Both the position numbers and the translations under genes were made by a program. 64,000 nucleotides of DNA, taken from contig JBLMZM010000361.1 in NCBI GenBank assembly GCA_050258815.1, forward strand, positions 15,846 to 79,845. Direction: 5' to 3'. The notes beneath the pieces are model-generated. The model did no database searches. It was not told where the DNA came from and saw nothing but the letters and a program-made list of their open reading frames with translations. The DNA comes from Ignavibacteriales bacterium. Its GTDB lineage: Bacteria > Bacteroidota > Ignavibacteria > Ignavibacteriales > SURF-24. Below are positions 25,753-36,063 of the stretch, in pieces. How positions within the stretch are numbered: the first letter of the stretch is position 1; the number at the start of each line of letters is the position of its first letter.

Positions 25753-27288
25753 TCACGACTCCATTACTTCAAGGCTTCCTATAATTCTTTCTACCTCTTC
25801 AAGTATCTCGCAGGATCTTACCACGTCCTTCATTTTTGTATGGTCAGGATGCAGGGGCCGGTCCTCGTCCAGGTGCTTCACATATTTGCGGACTGTATTC
25901 TTAGCCACACAAACTCCTGTACCGGGATTGAACTGCCTGAAATCCAGCGCCTGGGCTGCGGCAATAAATTCGATGCCCAGCACGCCATAAGCATTATCCA
26001 GTATTTGTGCATTTTTTATCGCTGTATTCATGCCCATGGACACAAAATCTTCCTGGTCCGCTGCAGCAGGGATTGACTGTATGGAGGCTGGTGCTGAAAG
26101 CATTCTTTGTTCAACGATAAGTGTATCTGCCGTATACTGGCTGAGCATGAGTCCCGAGAACATTCCCGCGCCTTTTGTAAGAAATGCAGGTAAGCCGACG
26201 CTGAGGGCAGGATTCAAAAGCCGGTTAAGTCTTCGTTCGGAAAGCACGCTGACCATAGTAATTGCTGCTCCAGCCATATCCATTGGCAGTGAGACCGGTG
26301 TACCCTGGAAGTTGGCGCCTGTAAGGGTTAGTCTGAATTCGGGCAGGAAGATGGGATTATCCCCTACTCCGTTCAGTTCAATTTCAACCTGCTTTCTGGC
26401 GTAAGCCAGGGCATCATGTGCCGTTCCGATTACCTGAGGACTTGAGCGCATGGAGTAGGCGTCCTGGACTTTCATTTTGAGTTTGCCCGTCAGCAGGTCG
26501 CTTCCTTTCATGCAGGCCATTATTGCCTTTGCGCTGCGGACTGCGCCCTGGAATCCCCTGATTTCATGAAGGCGGCTGTCATAGGGTTTCATGTTGGCAA
26601 ACAGGGCTTCAAGCGACATGGCGCACGCTATTTCGGCCTGCTTAAGCCAGCGGTTCATGTCGTATAAATGTATTGCGCTCATTGCAGTAAGAAGGTTCGA
26701 GCCGTTGATGGTTGCAAGCCCGTCCCGGGCCTGAAGTCCCGGCACTTCAATTCCCGCACGTTCGAAAGCAGCCCTGCCCGGCATTCTCACCCCTTCAAAG
26801 AAGGCTTCACCCTCTCCTATTAAAAGCAGGGCAATCTGAGACATTGGGGCCAGATCACCGCATGCGCCCACGGATCCCTTCTGGCAGACTACGGGTGTAA
26901 CGCCCTTATTGAGCATTTCAATGAGAGTGAGTGTGATTTCGGGCCGGCAGCCTGAGTTGCCGTGAGCGTGCACGTTAATCCTGCCTGCCATTGCAGCTCT
27001 TACATATTCCACCGGTGCCGGATCCCCGATGCCGGCTGAGTGGTTATAGATAAGGTACTTCTGGAAGTCTTTGACCTGCTCGTCGTTGAGGACGACTTCT
27101 GAAAACTCTCCGATGCCGGTATTGACTCCGTACATAATCTCATGTGCCTGGATCTTATCTTCAAGCATATTCCTGCAGATTTTAATCCTTTCAAGGGCCT
27201 CAGGGTGCAGTTCCACCTTCTCCCCGTGCCTTGCAATCTGAACGAGTTTTTCGACGGTTAAACCTGAACCGGATAGTACAACAGCCAT
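25753..27288 (-). CDS. Aromatic amino-acid ammonia-lyase (HAL/PAL/TAL family), histidase-like, with an Ala-Cys-Gly MIO triad
   Basis: YGVNTGIG, LIYNHSAG, GSVGACGDLAP, GLATING, VQDAYSMR, DNP, GANFQG, QEDFVSM. Symbol withheld because the substrate is unproven. Confidence 0.9.
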   Translation of the reverse strand: MAVVLSGSGLTVEKLVQIARHGEKVELHPEALERIKICRNMLEDKIQAHEIMYGVNTGIGEFSEVVLNDEQVKDFQKYLIYNHSAGIGDPAPVEYVRAAMAGRINVHAHGNSGCRPEITLTLIEMLNKGVTPVVCQKGSVGACGDLAPMSQIALLLIGEGEAFFEGVRMPGRAAFERAGIEVPGLQARDGLATINGSNLLTAMSAIHLYDMNRWLKQAEIACAMSLEALFANMKPYDSRLHEIRGFQGAVRSAKAIMACMKGSDLLTGKLKMKVQDAYSMRSSPQVIGTAHDALAYARKQVEIELNGVGDNPIFLPEFRLTLTGANFQGTPVSLPMDMAGAAITMVSVLSERRLNRLLNPALSVGLPAFLTKGAGMFSGLMLSQYTADTLIVEQRMLSAPASIQSIPAAADQEDFVSMGMNTAIKNAQILDNAYGVLGIEFIAAAQALDFRQFNPGTGVCVAKNTVRKYVKHLDEDRPLHPDHTKMKDVVRSCEILEEVERIIGSLEVMES

Positions 27289-27428
27289 ATAATTTTCCTT
27301 ATATAATGAAAAGTATTGATGACGCTGCCGTGAACCTCGTACTAAAACTTCATAATAAGATATCTCATATAAAGTTCGTATTCAACTCAAAATTACCGGA
27401 TAAAGGAAGTCAATTAAAAGCATCCTGC

Positions 27429-28460
27429 TTAATTCTTATATATCAGAATTTCGGTTGAGCCGTCTTCTTTTATATATGCCCTGTACATGCCTTCTGTGTT
27501 AAATGGCATCGTGAAGTTTCCGTTTCTATCCAGTGCTATTACGCCGCCCGTGCCGCCCATAGCCGCAAGTTTTTTATTTATTACTTCATTGGCCGCATCC
27601 TTCAATGAGAGCCCCTTATATTCCATCAGAGCCGAAATGTCATAAGCTACAACGCCGCGTATAAAATATTCGCCGTATCCGGTAGAAGAAACTGCGCATG
27701 TTCTATTGTTAGCATAGGTGCCTGCCCCAATGATGGGAGTATCTCCAATTCGTCCGAACTTCTTATTTGTCATCCCGCCCGTGGAGGTCCCGGCCGCAAG
27801 GTTACCGGCTTTATCGAGTGCCACGGCACCAACTGTACCGAACTTTGAATCTCCAAACGGCTTATAATAAAAATTCATGTTTTTTGATTTCAGTGAATCC
27901 TGTTCTGCTTCCTTTTGTTTTATCTTCTGCAGCTGCTGGAATCTTTTTTCATAATAGAAATATTCCTCGGGCATCAGTTTGATTCCCTGCTGCTGTGCAA
28001 ACTCCTCGGCTCCCTCGCCGGCCATCATTACGTGCGGGGATTTTTCCATTACAAGGCGCGCAAGGCTGATGGGATTTTTAATATGGTGTACGCCTGCAAT
28101 GGCTCCGGCCATGAGTGTGTTCCCGTCCATAATTGAAGCATCGAGTTCATTTTTACCCTTGGCATTAAATACTGCTCCTTTGCCGGCATTAAAGAGTGGT
28201 GAATCCTCCAGTATGTTAATGGTTGCCTCGACTGCATCCAGACTGCTGCCGTTGTTTTTCAGAATATTGCTTCCTGCCGTAAGTGCTTCCTGCAGTTTCT
28301 GGCGGTAGGCTGCCTCCTCTTCGGGTGTCATGTCTCCTTTTAATATCGTGCCCGCACCTCCATGCAGTACAAGAACGTAACCCTGTCCGGGAGTCTGGGC
28401 CTGTATTAAAATGAAGCCGAAAAGAAAGAGTATAATTGCTGTAAAACGGAACATAGTCAT
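27429..28460 (-). CDS. iaaA: Isoaspartyl peptidase / plant-type L-asparaginase (Ntn hydrolase), with signal peptide
   Basis: LHGGAG, LEDSPLFNAGKG, ELDASIMDG, G|TVGAVA autocleavage site, AGTSTGG, GRIGDTPIIGAGTYA. Confidence 0.9.
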   Translation of the reverse strand: MTMFRFTAIILFLFGFILIQAQTPGQGYVLVLHGGAGTILKGDMTPEEEAAYRQKLQEALTAGSNILKNNGSSLDAVEATINILEDSPLFNAGKGAVFNAKGKNELDASIMDGNTLMAGAIAGVHHIKNPISLARLVMEKSPHVMMAGEGAEEFAQQQGIKLMPEEYFYYEKRFQQLQKIKQKEAEQDSLKSKNMNFYYKPFGDSKFGTVGAVALDKAGNLAAGTSTGGMTNKKFGRIGDTPIIGAGTYANNRTCAVSSTGYGEYFIRGVVAYDISALMEYKGLSLKDAANEVINKKLAAMGGTGGVIALDRNGNFTMPFNTEGMYRAYIKEDGSTEILIYKN

Positions 28461-28614
28461 TCTCCTAAAGGAATGTGGAAAGTGAAACTTAAAAACTCAA
28501 ACTACAAAGTTCGTGAAATAAAGTCAAAGAGGGCCAGGCATTCAGTTTTTAAGTTCAGTGATCTGAAGCGCCAAAGAGGGGTGCAATGCATTTACAATTT
28601 ATGTGTTCATACAA

Positions 28615-31600
28615 TCAGAATTTTTTTGCAACCACTACGACTGACTTAATTGTATCGGAAACCGACTGGCGCTCATCGAGAGCCTGCAGGAGTATGATGT
28701 AGATCCCCATGCGAAGAGGACTGCCGTTATCGTTCAGGCCATCGAAGATGAGAGAGCCGTGGGCTCCGCTGCAATCCGGGTGCAGTGTTCTTACGAGTCT
28801 GCCCTGGCTGTCGAATACCTTTACAAGTACCTGGTTTACCCCAGGCGAGAGATTATAGTTTATAATTGCAAAGTCCTCCACGCCGTCATTATCAGGGGAG
28901 AATGGATTTGGAAGCACAGAGAAGCGCGATTCCTGCTTCTGGTTCAGTACGAAGATGCTGTTTAGTTTTCCGGGAGTAGCCCCCTCTTCATTGACTGCTG
29001 TCCGCCAGTTCAGGGCATCATTGGAGCTTAATGAAGGATTAATCCTTTCAAGTGATCTGTTCTTTACCTCGGGAATATTTTTTGAGTGCCAGCTGTAGAA
29101 GTAGTGCACCGAATCAATCGTATTTTGAAATGCGTCCTGAAGATGCAGCACGCCGTCATAGTTTGCGAGTCCCAGGCTTGAGGAATTCTTCACGCAAATG
29201 GATTCAGAATTCCTGAGCCACGCATAATTCTTAAGTACCGAGGAATCTGCGGCAATCACATAATATTCACCTTGGGCGAGCGTATAGTTTCCATCTGAAG
29301 CATAGAAAGAGGCGCCACTCTCATTTACTATTTCCCAGTTTGCAAGATTGACCGGCTCATCTCCTGAGTTGAATAATTCTATAAATTCACAGTTGCCCTT
29401 GCCGGGCTCATACATTATTTCATTTATAACTATCATGTTTCTGGAGTAAGGGATGATGTCTGTAACCGAGTTTTCGCTTCCGGGTGTTGCACCCCAAAGG
29501 GCCACGGAAGGCTGCCAGTTCAGCTTGTCGTTAGTATCATTATCGGGTGTGATTCTTTCAATTGAGCGGGCTTCCCTTCCCCAACCGGATGAATATTTCA
29601 GGCTGTCAATCGTATTGCCCTTCAGATCTGAGATTACAATTCCATCCTCACTGTTACCGAGGGAACTGAATGCTACGAAAGAGACTTTCCCCTGAAAGTA
29701 GGGATACATCTTGTGAAAGGATGAATCTCTCGCTATAACCAGGTATCCCCCCGGGAAAAGCAGGAGATCATTTGCTGAAATCTTTACCCTTGAAGGTGAG
29801 GGCAGTAGATCGCTTATGTACCAGTTCCTGAGATTCAGCGTATCGGCTGAAGCATTAAAGATCTCGATCCATTCGGATCTGTTGGGGGGCGGACTGAACA
29901 TGACCTCATTTATAAGCAGGGCATTTTTATAGTAACCCGGTTCAATAACCTTCTCCATATAGTTGTTGGAAGGTTCACCGTCTTCCTTAAAAACGACTTC
30001 AACAGCAACCGTGATTTTGGAACTTATGGGGGGTATGGAGGGGGAATTTGTAATTATAAGTGAATCAGTTGTCTTAAGGCTGAAGTCCGAGAGTTCGTTC
30101 AGTTCTATAAAAGGATCCGTGCTGTTGTATCTGTACAAGAAGCGGACCGAGAAATTTCGTGCCTCCTTTAACCCGCGGTTATAGATCCTGGCTCCAAGAA
30201 ATATTTCATCCTTGTTCCTGGGCTGCGAGGGAAACGTAAAGACCTCCTCGACAGAAATGTCGTAATCCCTCGGGGTAATGCTGTTGATTCTTCCAGGTGT
30301 GCTTTTCGCCCAGGCCTTTGAGAAGCCCCAGTTATCCCTTAGTCCGGAAGCTTTACCGGTGAACTTTCTTTCAAGTGAATGGCCGGAAGGGGAGCCCACG
30401 GGTGTCTGATAGCGGAGGGAATCCATGGTAAGCTGCCGGTTGTCGCGCAGAATGACTCCGTCTTCGTCGTTATTAAAGGCGGGGAGCTGAGCACAAATGA
30501 TTTTTGATGTAATGTCGCTGTGGGAGTTTATGATTGCAGAATCTTTTGCAATTACCAGGAACGTCTTTGGCGGTATGAGCTCGTCATGCTGAGAGATAAT
30601 TGCCTCAGCTGGCGTTGCAAGTATATCCGAAACTGTCCAGCCTTTAATGTTAACCGTATCATCCGAGGTATTGTAAATCTCAATCCATTCGGGTTCAGGA
30701 GTCTCCGGCATATACATGATTTCATTTATGACGAGTGTCCCTGCCTTATATCCCGGGCTAATCATGGCGCAGATAGAATTATTTGTTGAATCCTGGTCCA
30801 GAGAGGAAGATATCTGTATAATAAAAGACACTTCCCTGGAAATTTCCCCGCTGTAATCAAAGGTATATAATAATGAATCCTCCGGACTGAGTGACAGGAG
30901 TTCTGAGGAAGCCAGCAGCTTACCCGGCTTTTGGCTGATAGAAGATGGCGAAAAAAGCCATAGTGAGAACTGAATGCTCATCCTGCCTGTATTTTTTACC
31001 CGGGCTGACAGGGTGATTTTATCATGCAAAAATGGGAAAGGGGGCGTAAAGAGCAGCTGAGTTAAGGCAAGGTCAAAGTCTTTTCTGGATACTGAATTCA
31101 TGCTGCCGGGAGTGCACCTGTTAAGGCTGTGTGAAGCCTGCCAGTTGCTTGTCCAATAAGAAGGAGAATAGGCATCAACTCTTTCCAGGGACCGGCCCAA
31201 AGTGGCCGGCGATGCAGAATACTCCATGCTGTCGATCACAGAGCCGGCTGAGTCCTTTATTACGACCCTGTCTCCGGAGTTATTCAGCGCCGGAAGGCTG
31301 AATGTGATTAGCTGTGAGGTGAAATTATAATATCTGTGCAGCGAGGAATCACGGCATAGCAAGGCGTATTCTCCGGGCTTCAGCAATCTGTCCTTTTGCG
31401 TAATGTACACAGAGCTCGAGTAGTCAGATAATTTCCAGTTGCTGAGATTAATGGTTGCAGAGGATCTGTTATAGAGCTCAATCCATTCGGGTTCACCCGC
31501 TTGGGGAGCAAACATTACCTCATTTATTACCAGGTCATTATATCCGGGCTGGTAAGCGCGTACCAAAAGCCGGAGTAAGCCCGCATTATTCTGCGGATTC

Positions 31601-32463
31601 TCATCCTTATTGAAGGTAATATTCCCCTTAATCAGGTAACTGCCAGCCTTAAATCCTGCCAGCTCATAGGTAATTACAATTGAATCTCCGGGCATGAGCA
31701 TGGACAAGGCCTTTGAGTACAGCTTTTCTGCGCCAGTGAACAGGGAATCAGAGTTCTCTTCGCAATAGATTTCCGCTGTGAAGTTTTCTGCCGGCAGCAG
31801 CCCGTGGTTTTTTATTGTAAAGCTGAGGAGTATATCATTGGATTCAATGGGTGACTGCGGGGCGGTCGAGAGGTTTTCAAGGCTGAGGTCGAAATCCCGG
31901 GGAGCAATTGAATTTTTCCTGCCCGGGGTACCCTTAAAATTAAGTGAATTACCCCAGTTGGACGGGGCATTGTTCTTGTCCCGGAGGATTTTTTCGTCCG
32001 AATAACCGGGCCTGTTTCCAGCCGTATAGAGATACAACTCCAGTGTGTCATTGTCCTGATCCAGAATAGCTATTGTCCGGTCAACCGTATTTGCCATGCC
32101 CGTGCTGCCGAACGCATTATCCTTTATTCTAAGCAGCAGGCACTCCCGGGGAATAATATCCTTGTAGCCGCCGGAGGTAAAATCATAGTCACCCTCAAGA
32201 ACTACCGCGTAGGAGCCGGGACCCAATATCATGCCCTGATTGCCGGCAGGGACAATTGTATCCGGATTTGATGTCTGATATTTAATTTTAAAATGGCTGA
32301 GGTCCAGCGCTTTATCAGCGCTCAGGTTATAGATCTCGATGAATTCACCATTGCCGAAAGGTGCATTAAACATGACCTCGGTAACAGTAATGAGACCGTT
32401 TTGCTGAGGATAAACAAAAACAGGCAGTAAAAAGAACAATACAATGGTAATTGTACTTTTCAT
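28615..32463 (-). CDS. Large secreted protein: five lamin-tail domains alternating with three CARDB/Ig-like domains, and a C-terminal sorting domain
   Basis: Five (I/V)(N/T)E(V/I)M(F/Y).P....E(W/F)IE(L/I)(Y/F)N repeats each ending TPG..NS; three D(F/Y)D(L/I)...N.G...D....NN CARDB-like units; C-terminal PNPFSPDNDG...G.L.FDG. Confidence 0.85.
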   Translation of the reverse strand: MKSTITIVLFFLLPVFVYPQQNGLITVTEVMFNAPFGNGEFIEIYNLSADKALDLSHFKIKYQTSNPDTIVPAGNQGMILGPGSYAVVLEGDYDFTSGGYKDIIPRECLLLRIKDNAFGSTGMANTVDRTIAILDQDNDTLELYLYTAGNRPGYSDEKILRDKNNAPSNWGNSLNFKGTPGRKNSIAPRDFDLSLENLSTAPQSPIESNDILLSFTIKNHGLLPAENFTAEIYCEENSDSLFTGAEKLYSKALSMLMPGDSIVITYELAGFKAGSYLIKGNITFNKDENPQNNAGLLRLLVRAYQPGYNDLVINEVMFAPQAGEPEWIELYNRSSATINLSNWKLSDYSSSVYITQKDRLLKPGEYALLCRDSSLHRYYNFTSQLITFSLPALNNSGDRVVIKDSAGSVIDSMEYSASPATLGRSLERVDAYSPSYWTSNWQASHSLNRCTPGSMNSVSRKDFDLALTQLLFTPPFPFLHDKITLSARVKNTGRMSIQFSLWLFSPSSISQKPGKLLASSELLSLSPEDSLLYTFDYSGEISREVSFIIQISSSLDQDSTNNSICAMISPGYKAGTLVINEIMYMPETPEPEWIEIYNTSDDTVNIKGWTVSDILATPAEAIISQHDELIPPKTFLVIAKDSAIINSHSDITSKIICAQLPAFNNDEDGVILRDNRQLTMDSLRYQTPVGSPSGHSLERKFTGKASGLRDNWGFSKAWAKSTPGRINSITPRDYDISVEEVFTFPSQPRNKDEIFLGARIYNRGLKEARNFSVRFLYRYNSTDPFIELNELSDFSLKTTDSLIITNSPSIPPISSKITVAVEVVFKEDGEPSNNYMEKVIEPGYYKNALLINEVMFSPPPNRSEWIEIFNASADTLNLRNWYISDLLPSPSRVKISANDLLLFPGGYLVIARDSSFHKMYPYFQGKVSFVAFSSLGNSEDGIVISDLKGNTIDSLKYSSGWGREARSIERITPDNDTNDKLNWQPSVALWGATPGSENSVTDIIPYSRNMIVINEIMYEPGKGNCEFIELFNSGDEPVNLANWEIVNESGASFYASDGNYTLAQGEYYVIAADSSVLKNYAWLRNSESICVKNSSSLGLANYDGVLHLQDAFQNTIDSVHYFYSWHSKNIPEVKNRSLERINPSLSSNDALNWRTAVNEEGATPGKLNSIFVLNQKQESRFSVLPNPFSPDNDGVEDFAIINYNLSPGVNQVLVKVFDSQGRLVRTLHPDCSGAHGSLIFDGLNDNGSPLRMGIYIILLQALDERQSVSDTIKSVVVVAKKF

Positions 32464-32760
32464 AAGTACTCCCGATAGTTTGGTAAATTAACCGGCGTAA
32501 CTATAGGGAAGAATATGTTGGAGCCCCTCGAGGGTGTAATATACACGAGATTAAATAAAATGCAAGTGCCTCTGGACAAAAAGAAGTCAAAAAAAAGACA
32601 CGAGGTTCATTAATAATATTCGGGAATATGGTGGTATTGCCAAATTATATTTTGACAAATTAGAAAATATACGTATATTATTCGGCATAAATTTTAATTT
32701 TATGAATAATATTTGTCACGGGCTCTTGCCCTGGTGATGAATACTGGACAGCTGGTTAAA

Positions 32761-33243
32761 ATGAAACTGGACGACACCGACAAGAAGATATTAGACAGGC
32801 TGCAGTCTGATGCAAACATTACTAATGCTCAGCTGGCCTCAGAGTTTAACGTTTCGCAGGCCGGGATGCTCGAAAGGGTAAAGAGGCTTGAGAACTCCGG
32901 AGTTATAAAGCGTTACGTAGCCCTGGTTGACGGTGAGAAGGTTGGGCGCGGGATGTCCGCCTTTATTTCGGTATCCCTGTCTGTTCATCAGCTCAATTCG
33001 ATTGACAGTTTCAAGCAGGAGATAATCAAGCTAAGCGAAGTGCTGGAGTGTTATTATGTGGCAGGTGAAGAGGATTTTATACTGAAGATTGCCGTAAGGA
33101 ACATGCAGGAGTATGAAAACTTTCTGCTGCACAAGCTTACAAAGATCGGCGGAGTCAGCAAGGTTAAGACCACTTTTGTGCTCTCCCCGGTAAAGTACGA
33201 CACAAAAATAGAAATAAACAGTAACACGATTGAAAGTGTTTAA
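32761..33243 (+). CDS. Lrp/AsnC-family transcriptional regulator
   Basis: MKLDDTDKKILDRLQSDA, ERVKRLENSGVIKRY, EVLECYYVAGEEDFILK. Confidence 0.93.
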   Translation: MKLDDTDKKILDRLQSDANITNAQLASEFNVSQAGMLERVKRLENSGVIKRYVALVDGEKVGRGMSAFISVSLSVHQLNSIDSFKQEIIKLSEVLECYYVAGEEDFILKIAVRNMQEYENFLLHKLTKIGGVSKVKTTFVLSPVKYDTKIEINSNTIESV

Positions 33244-33337
33244 GATATATAAATGGGCATGAGTGTAGAATTGTTGATATTGAGGTAATAAGGGTTTTTA
33301 ATTTTTTCGCAATACTTACTCGCTAATATATAACCGG

Positions 33338-33372
33338 ACCCCTGACTCTTCGCTGGAGCTCAGGGGTTTTTT
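33338..33372 (+). terminator. Intrinsic terminator after the Lrp gene
   Basis: acccctga...tcaggggt followed by a T run. Confidence 0.7.
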
Positions 33373-33516
33373 ATTTGCTAAATATTTCATAGATTTTTAT
33401 ATGATTGTTTTACAGTTGTGTGGGGCAATTGGGAATCATTTAATTATCCCGTATAATTTCGGGTCACGTCATGCAATTGACTGACTCAATTAAGTTATAA
33501 CACCTGGAGAAATATT

Positions 33517-34881
33517 ATGCCGATACAATCCATCAATCCCGCAACAGAAGAAATAATTGAGACCTATGCAGAGCTTACCGAAGATCAGCTCTATGCTGAG
33601 ATAGACAAATCCCATGATGCATTCCAGGAATGGAAGATTACCAGTTTCTCAGAACGCAGGCAGCACATGCTTAATGCCGCCAGGGTGTTACGTGACAACA
33701 GGGAAAGTTACGCCCGCGTGCTCACGCTTGAAATGGGAAAACCGATTAAGCAGGCCTATTCCGAGGTGGAAAAATGCGCCTGGGTGTGCGAATACTACGC
33801 AAATAATGCAGGAGAGATTCTTAAAAAGGAAACAGTTGAGACCGACGCCTCGGAAAGTTACGTCCAGTTTGATCCTCTGGGGGTCATACTTGCCGTTATG
33901 CCCTGGAATTTCCCCTACTGGCAGGTATTTCGTTTTGCTGCGCCTGCAATTATGGCCGGTAATGTTGGGCTGCTGAAGCACTCCTCAAACGTTCCCATGA
34001 GCGCTCTTTCAATTGAAGAGGTGTTTTTAAGGGCGGGATTCCCGCTGAACGTCTTCAGAAATCTTTTTATAGGCTCTTCAATGGTAGAGAAGGTAATTTC
34101 ACACCCAAAGGTCAGGGCTGCCACACTGACAGGAAGTGAAGGCGCCGGAAGGACCGTGGGCTCAACGGCTGGCAGAAATCTGAAGCCATCGGTACTGGAG
34201 CTTGGCGGCAGTGATCCGTTCATTGTTTTGAAGGATGCCGACCTGAATCAGGCCGTAAAAACGGCGGTGGAGGCAAGGATTATAAATAACGGCCAGAGCT
34301 GCATTGCAGCCAAGAGGTTTATTGTTGTTAAGGACGTAATTGACGAATTCGAACGCAGGTTCACCTCCGCAGTTAAGAATCTCAAGATTGGTAATCCTAT
34401 GGACGAACAAAACGACCTGGGTCCCATGGCGCGTGAGGACCTGCTCCTGGAGCTGGATAAACTGGTAAAGCGGTCGGTTGCAATGGGTGCAAGGCTGCTT
34501 ACAGGCGGAGAGCGCCTGGGCATGAAAGGGTATTATTATCCTGCTACCGTTCTTTCAGGTGTAAAGCCCGGTATGCCGGTCTTCGACGAGGAGACCTTCG
34601 GTCCCGTAGCCGCACTGATAACTGCCCAGGATGAGGATGATGCCATAAGAATTGCCAATGAATCGGCATTCGGACTGGGGGCAAGCCTTTGGACGCAGAA
34701 TCTTGAAAGGGCAAAAAGACTGGCTTACAGGATCGAATCCGGCTCTGTATTCATTAATGGGATGGTTAAATCCGATCCCCGCCTGCCTTTTGGCGGCATA
34801 AAGATATCCGGTTACGGCAGGGAACTGTCCCACTATGGAATTAAGGAATTCGTAAACATAAAAACGGTCTGGATTGCATAA
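33517..34881 (+). CDS. NAD(P)-dependent succinate-semialdehyde dehydrogenase (Sad/GabD1-type aldehyde dehydrogenase)
   Basis: SINPAT, VMPWNFPYWQVFRFAAP, LTGSEGAG, LELGGSDPF, NNGQSCIAAKRF (catalytic Cys), EETFGPV, PFGGIKISGYGREL. Confidence 0.9.
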   Translation: MPIQSINPATEEIIETYAELTEDQLYAEIDKSHDAFQEWKITSFSERRQHMLNAARVLRDNRESYARVLTLEMGKPIKQAYSEVEKCAWVCEYYANNAGEILKKETVETDASESYVQFDPLGVILAVMPWNFPYWQVFRFAAPAIMAGNVGLLKHSSNVPMSALSIEEVFLRAGFPLNVFRNLFIGSSMVEKVISHPKVRAATLTGSEGAGRTVGSTAGRNLKPSVLELGGSDPFIVLKDADLNQAVKTAVEARIINNGQSCIAAKRFIVVKDVIDEFERRFTSAVKNLKIGNPMDEQNDLGPMAREDLLLELDKLVKRSVAMGARLLTGGERLGMKGYYYPATVLSGVKPGMPVFDEETFGPVAALITAQDEDDAIRIANESAFGLGASLWTQNLERAKRLAYRIESGSVFINGMVKSDPRLPFGGIKISGYGRELSHYGIKEFVNIKTVWIA

Positions 34882-34944
34882 CAAATATCCGGGCAGACAG
34901 CAAACGGGCTGTCCGTCCCGATCATTAAAGGGAGGGGTTTTACC

Positions 34945-35301
34945 ATGTTAAAACTTAAAATTGCTGCTGTTATAACTATTATCCTGGGGCTCATTTCCCT
35001 GGGCTGGATATTCTATGATTATCTTGCACTCGCCGATATTTCATACAATTACGGAGCCGACCTGGTAAGCAAGCGCAGGATTGTTACCCTGGGGTTCATT
35101 CCTGTTATACTCTTCCACTTTGCTTTTTTTGGTACAATGTATCTCTTGTTCGACTTTCTCAAAAAGCAGAAGCTGATAATAAAAGAGCACACAAAAATGA
35201 AGGCTGAGGCAGTATTGAAACCTGCCGCGGATTCCAAAAAGGATCCACTCAGGCAGGAGATGCCCAAAATGACCGGCGACGCCCCGAAAAAGGATATCTG
35301 A
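34945..35301 (+). CDS. Hypothetical membrane protein (2 TM)
   Basis: Strong SD (GGAGG); two hydrophobic helices followed by a Lys-rich tail. Confidence 0.7.
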   Translation: MLKLKIAAVITIILGLISLGWIFYDYLALADISYNYGADLVSKRRIVTLGFIPVILFHFAFFGTMYLLFDFLKKQKLIIKEHTKMKAEAVLKPAADSKKDPLRQEMPKMTGDAPKKDI

Positions 35302-35436
35302 GAAGATAATAGCCTGTTTCCTTTCGCCTGCTTAAAGCAGAAAATAAATTCTTTTAAAAATGATGTTTTCTGACGGGCGAATTCTTATTTTTGCAATCAA
35401 ATAAGAAATCATGTTTTAATAATTTTCGGAAATGAT

Positions 35437-35946
35437 ATGAAGCAAAAAGAAGAAAACGAAAAACCTGTATTTAATTCAAAGAGAGTAAAAAGGACTTATA
35501 CACAGAAGATCAATTCAACTCCGGATAAAATTTTCCCGCTTTTGTGTCCCAAAAGAGAACTTGACTGGCTGGATGGCTGGCACTATGAAATGGTATACTC
35601 GGAATCCGGCTTTGCCGAGGAAGGGGCCATATTCAAGACAAAGCATGAAGGGACGGTGGATACAATATGGGTGGTTACAAAACATGACAAGGAAAACTTC
35701 ATAGTTGAATTCGTGAGGATGACCTGGGAAACCGTGGTTGTAAAGATAAACATGAAACTGGAGGATAATTACAACGGTACCTCAGACCTTCACATAGAAT
35801 ACATATTTACATCAATTACTGAAAAGGGAAGTGAATTTATCGATGGTAAGTCCTCCAGGCAGTTTCTAGACATGATGAAGTGGTGGGAGAAATCGCTGAA
35901 CTATTACCTGGAAACCGGAAATAAACTTCTGGCCCTTAAACTTTGA
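35437..35946 (+). CDS. SRPBCC/START-like hypothetical protein
   Basis: PDKIFPLLCPKRELDWLDGW...SGFAEEGAIF...WWEKSLNYYLETG; pattern of an SRPBCC-like fold. Confidence 0.7.
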   Translation: MKQKEENEKPVFNSKRVKRTYTQKINSTPDKIFPLLCPKRELDWLDGWHYEMVYSESGFAEEGAIFKTKHEGTVDTIWVVTKHDKENFIVEFVRMTWETVVVKINMKLEDNYNGTSDLHIEYIFTSITEKGSEFIDGKSSRQFLDMMKWWEKSLNYYLETGNKLLALKL

Positions 35947-36063
35947 GAGCTGAATGGTTCTTCAGATTTTCCTTTTTGTTTTAAAAATTATTTCTAAATT
36001 TGATGTCTTCTGTTTTCGAAGGGATTGGAACAGAAGAGAATAATATTCCACTAAAGAGAAAAA

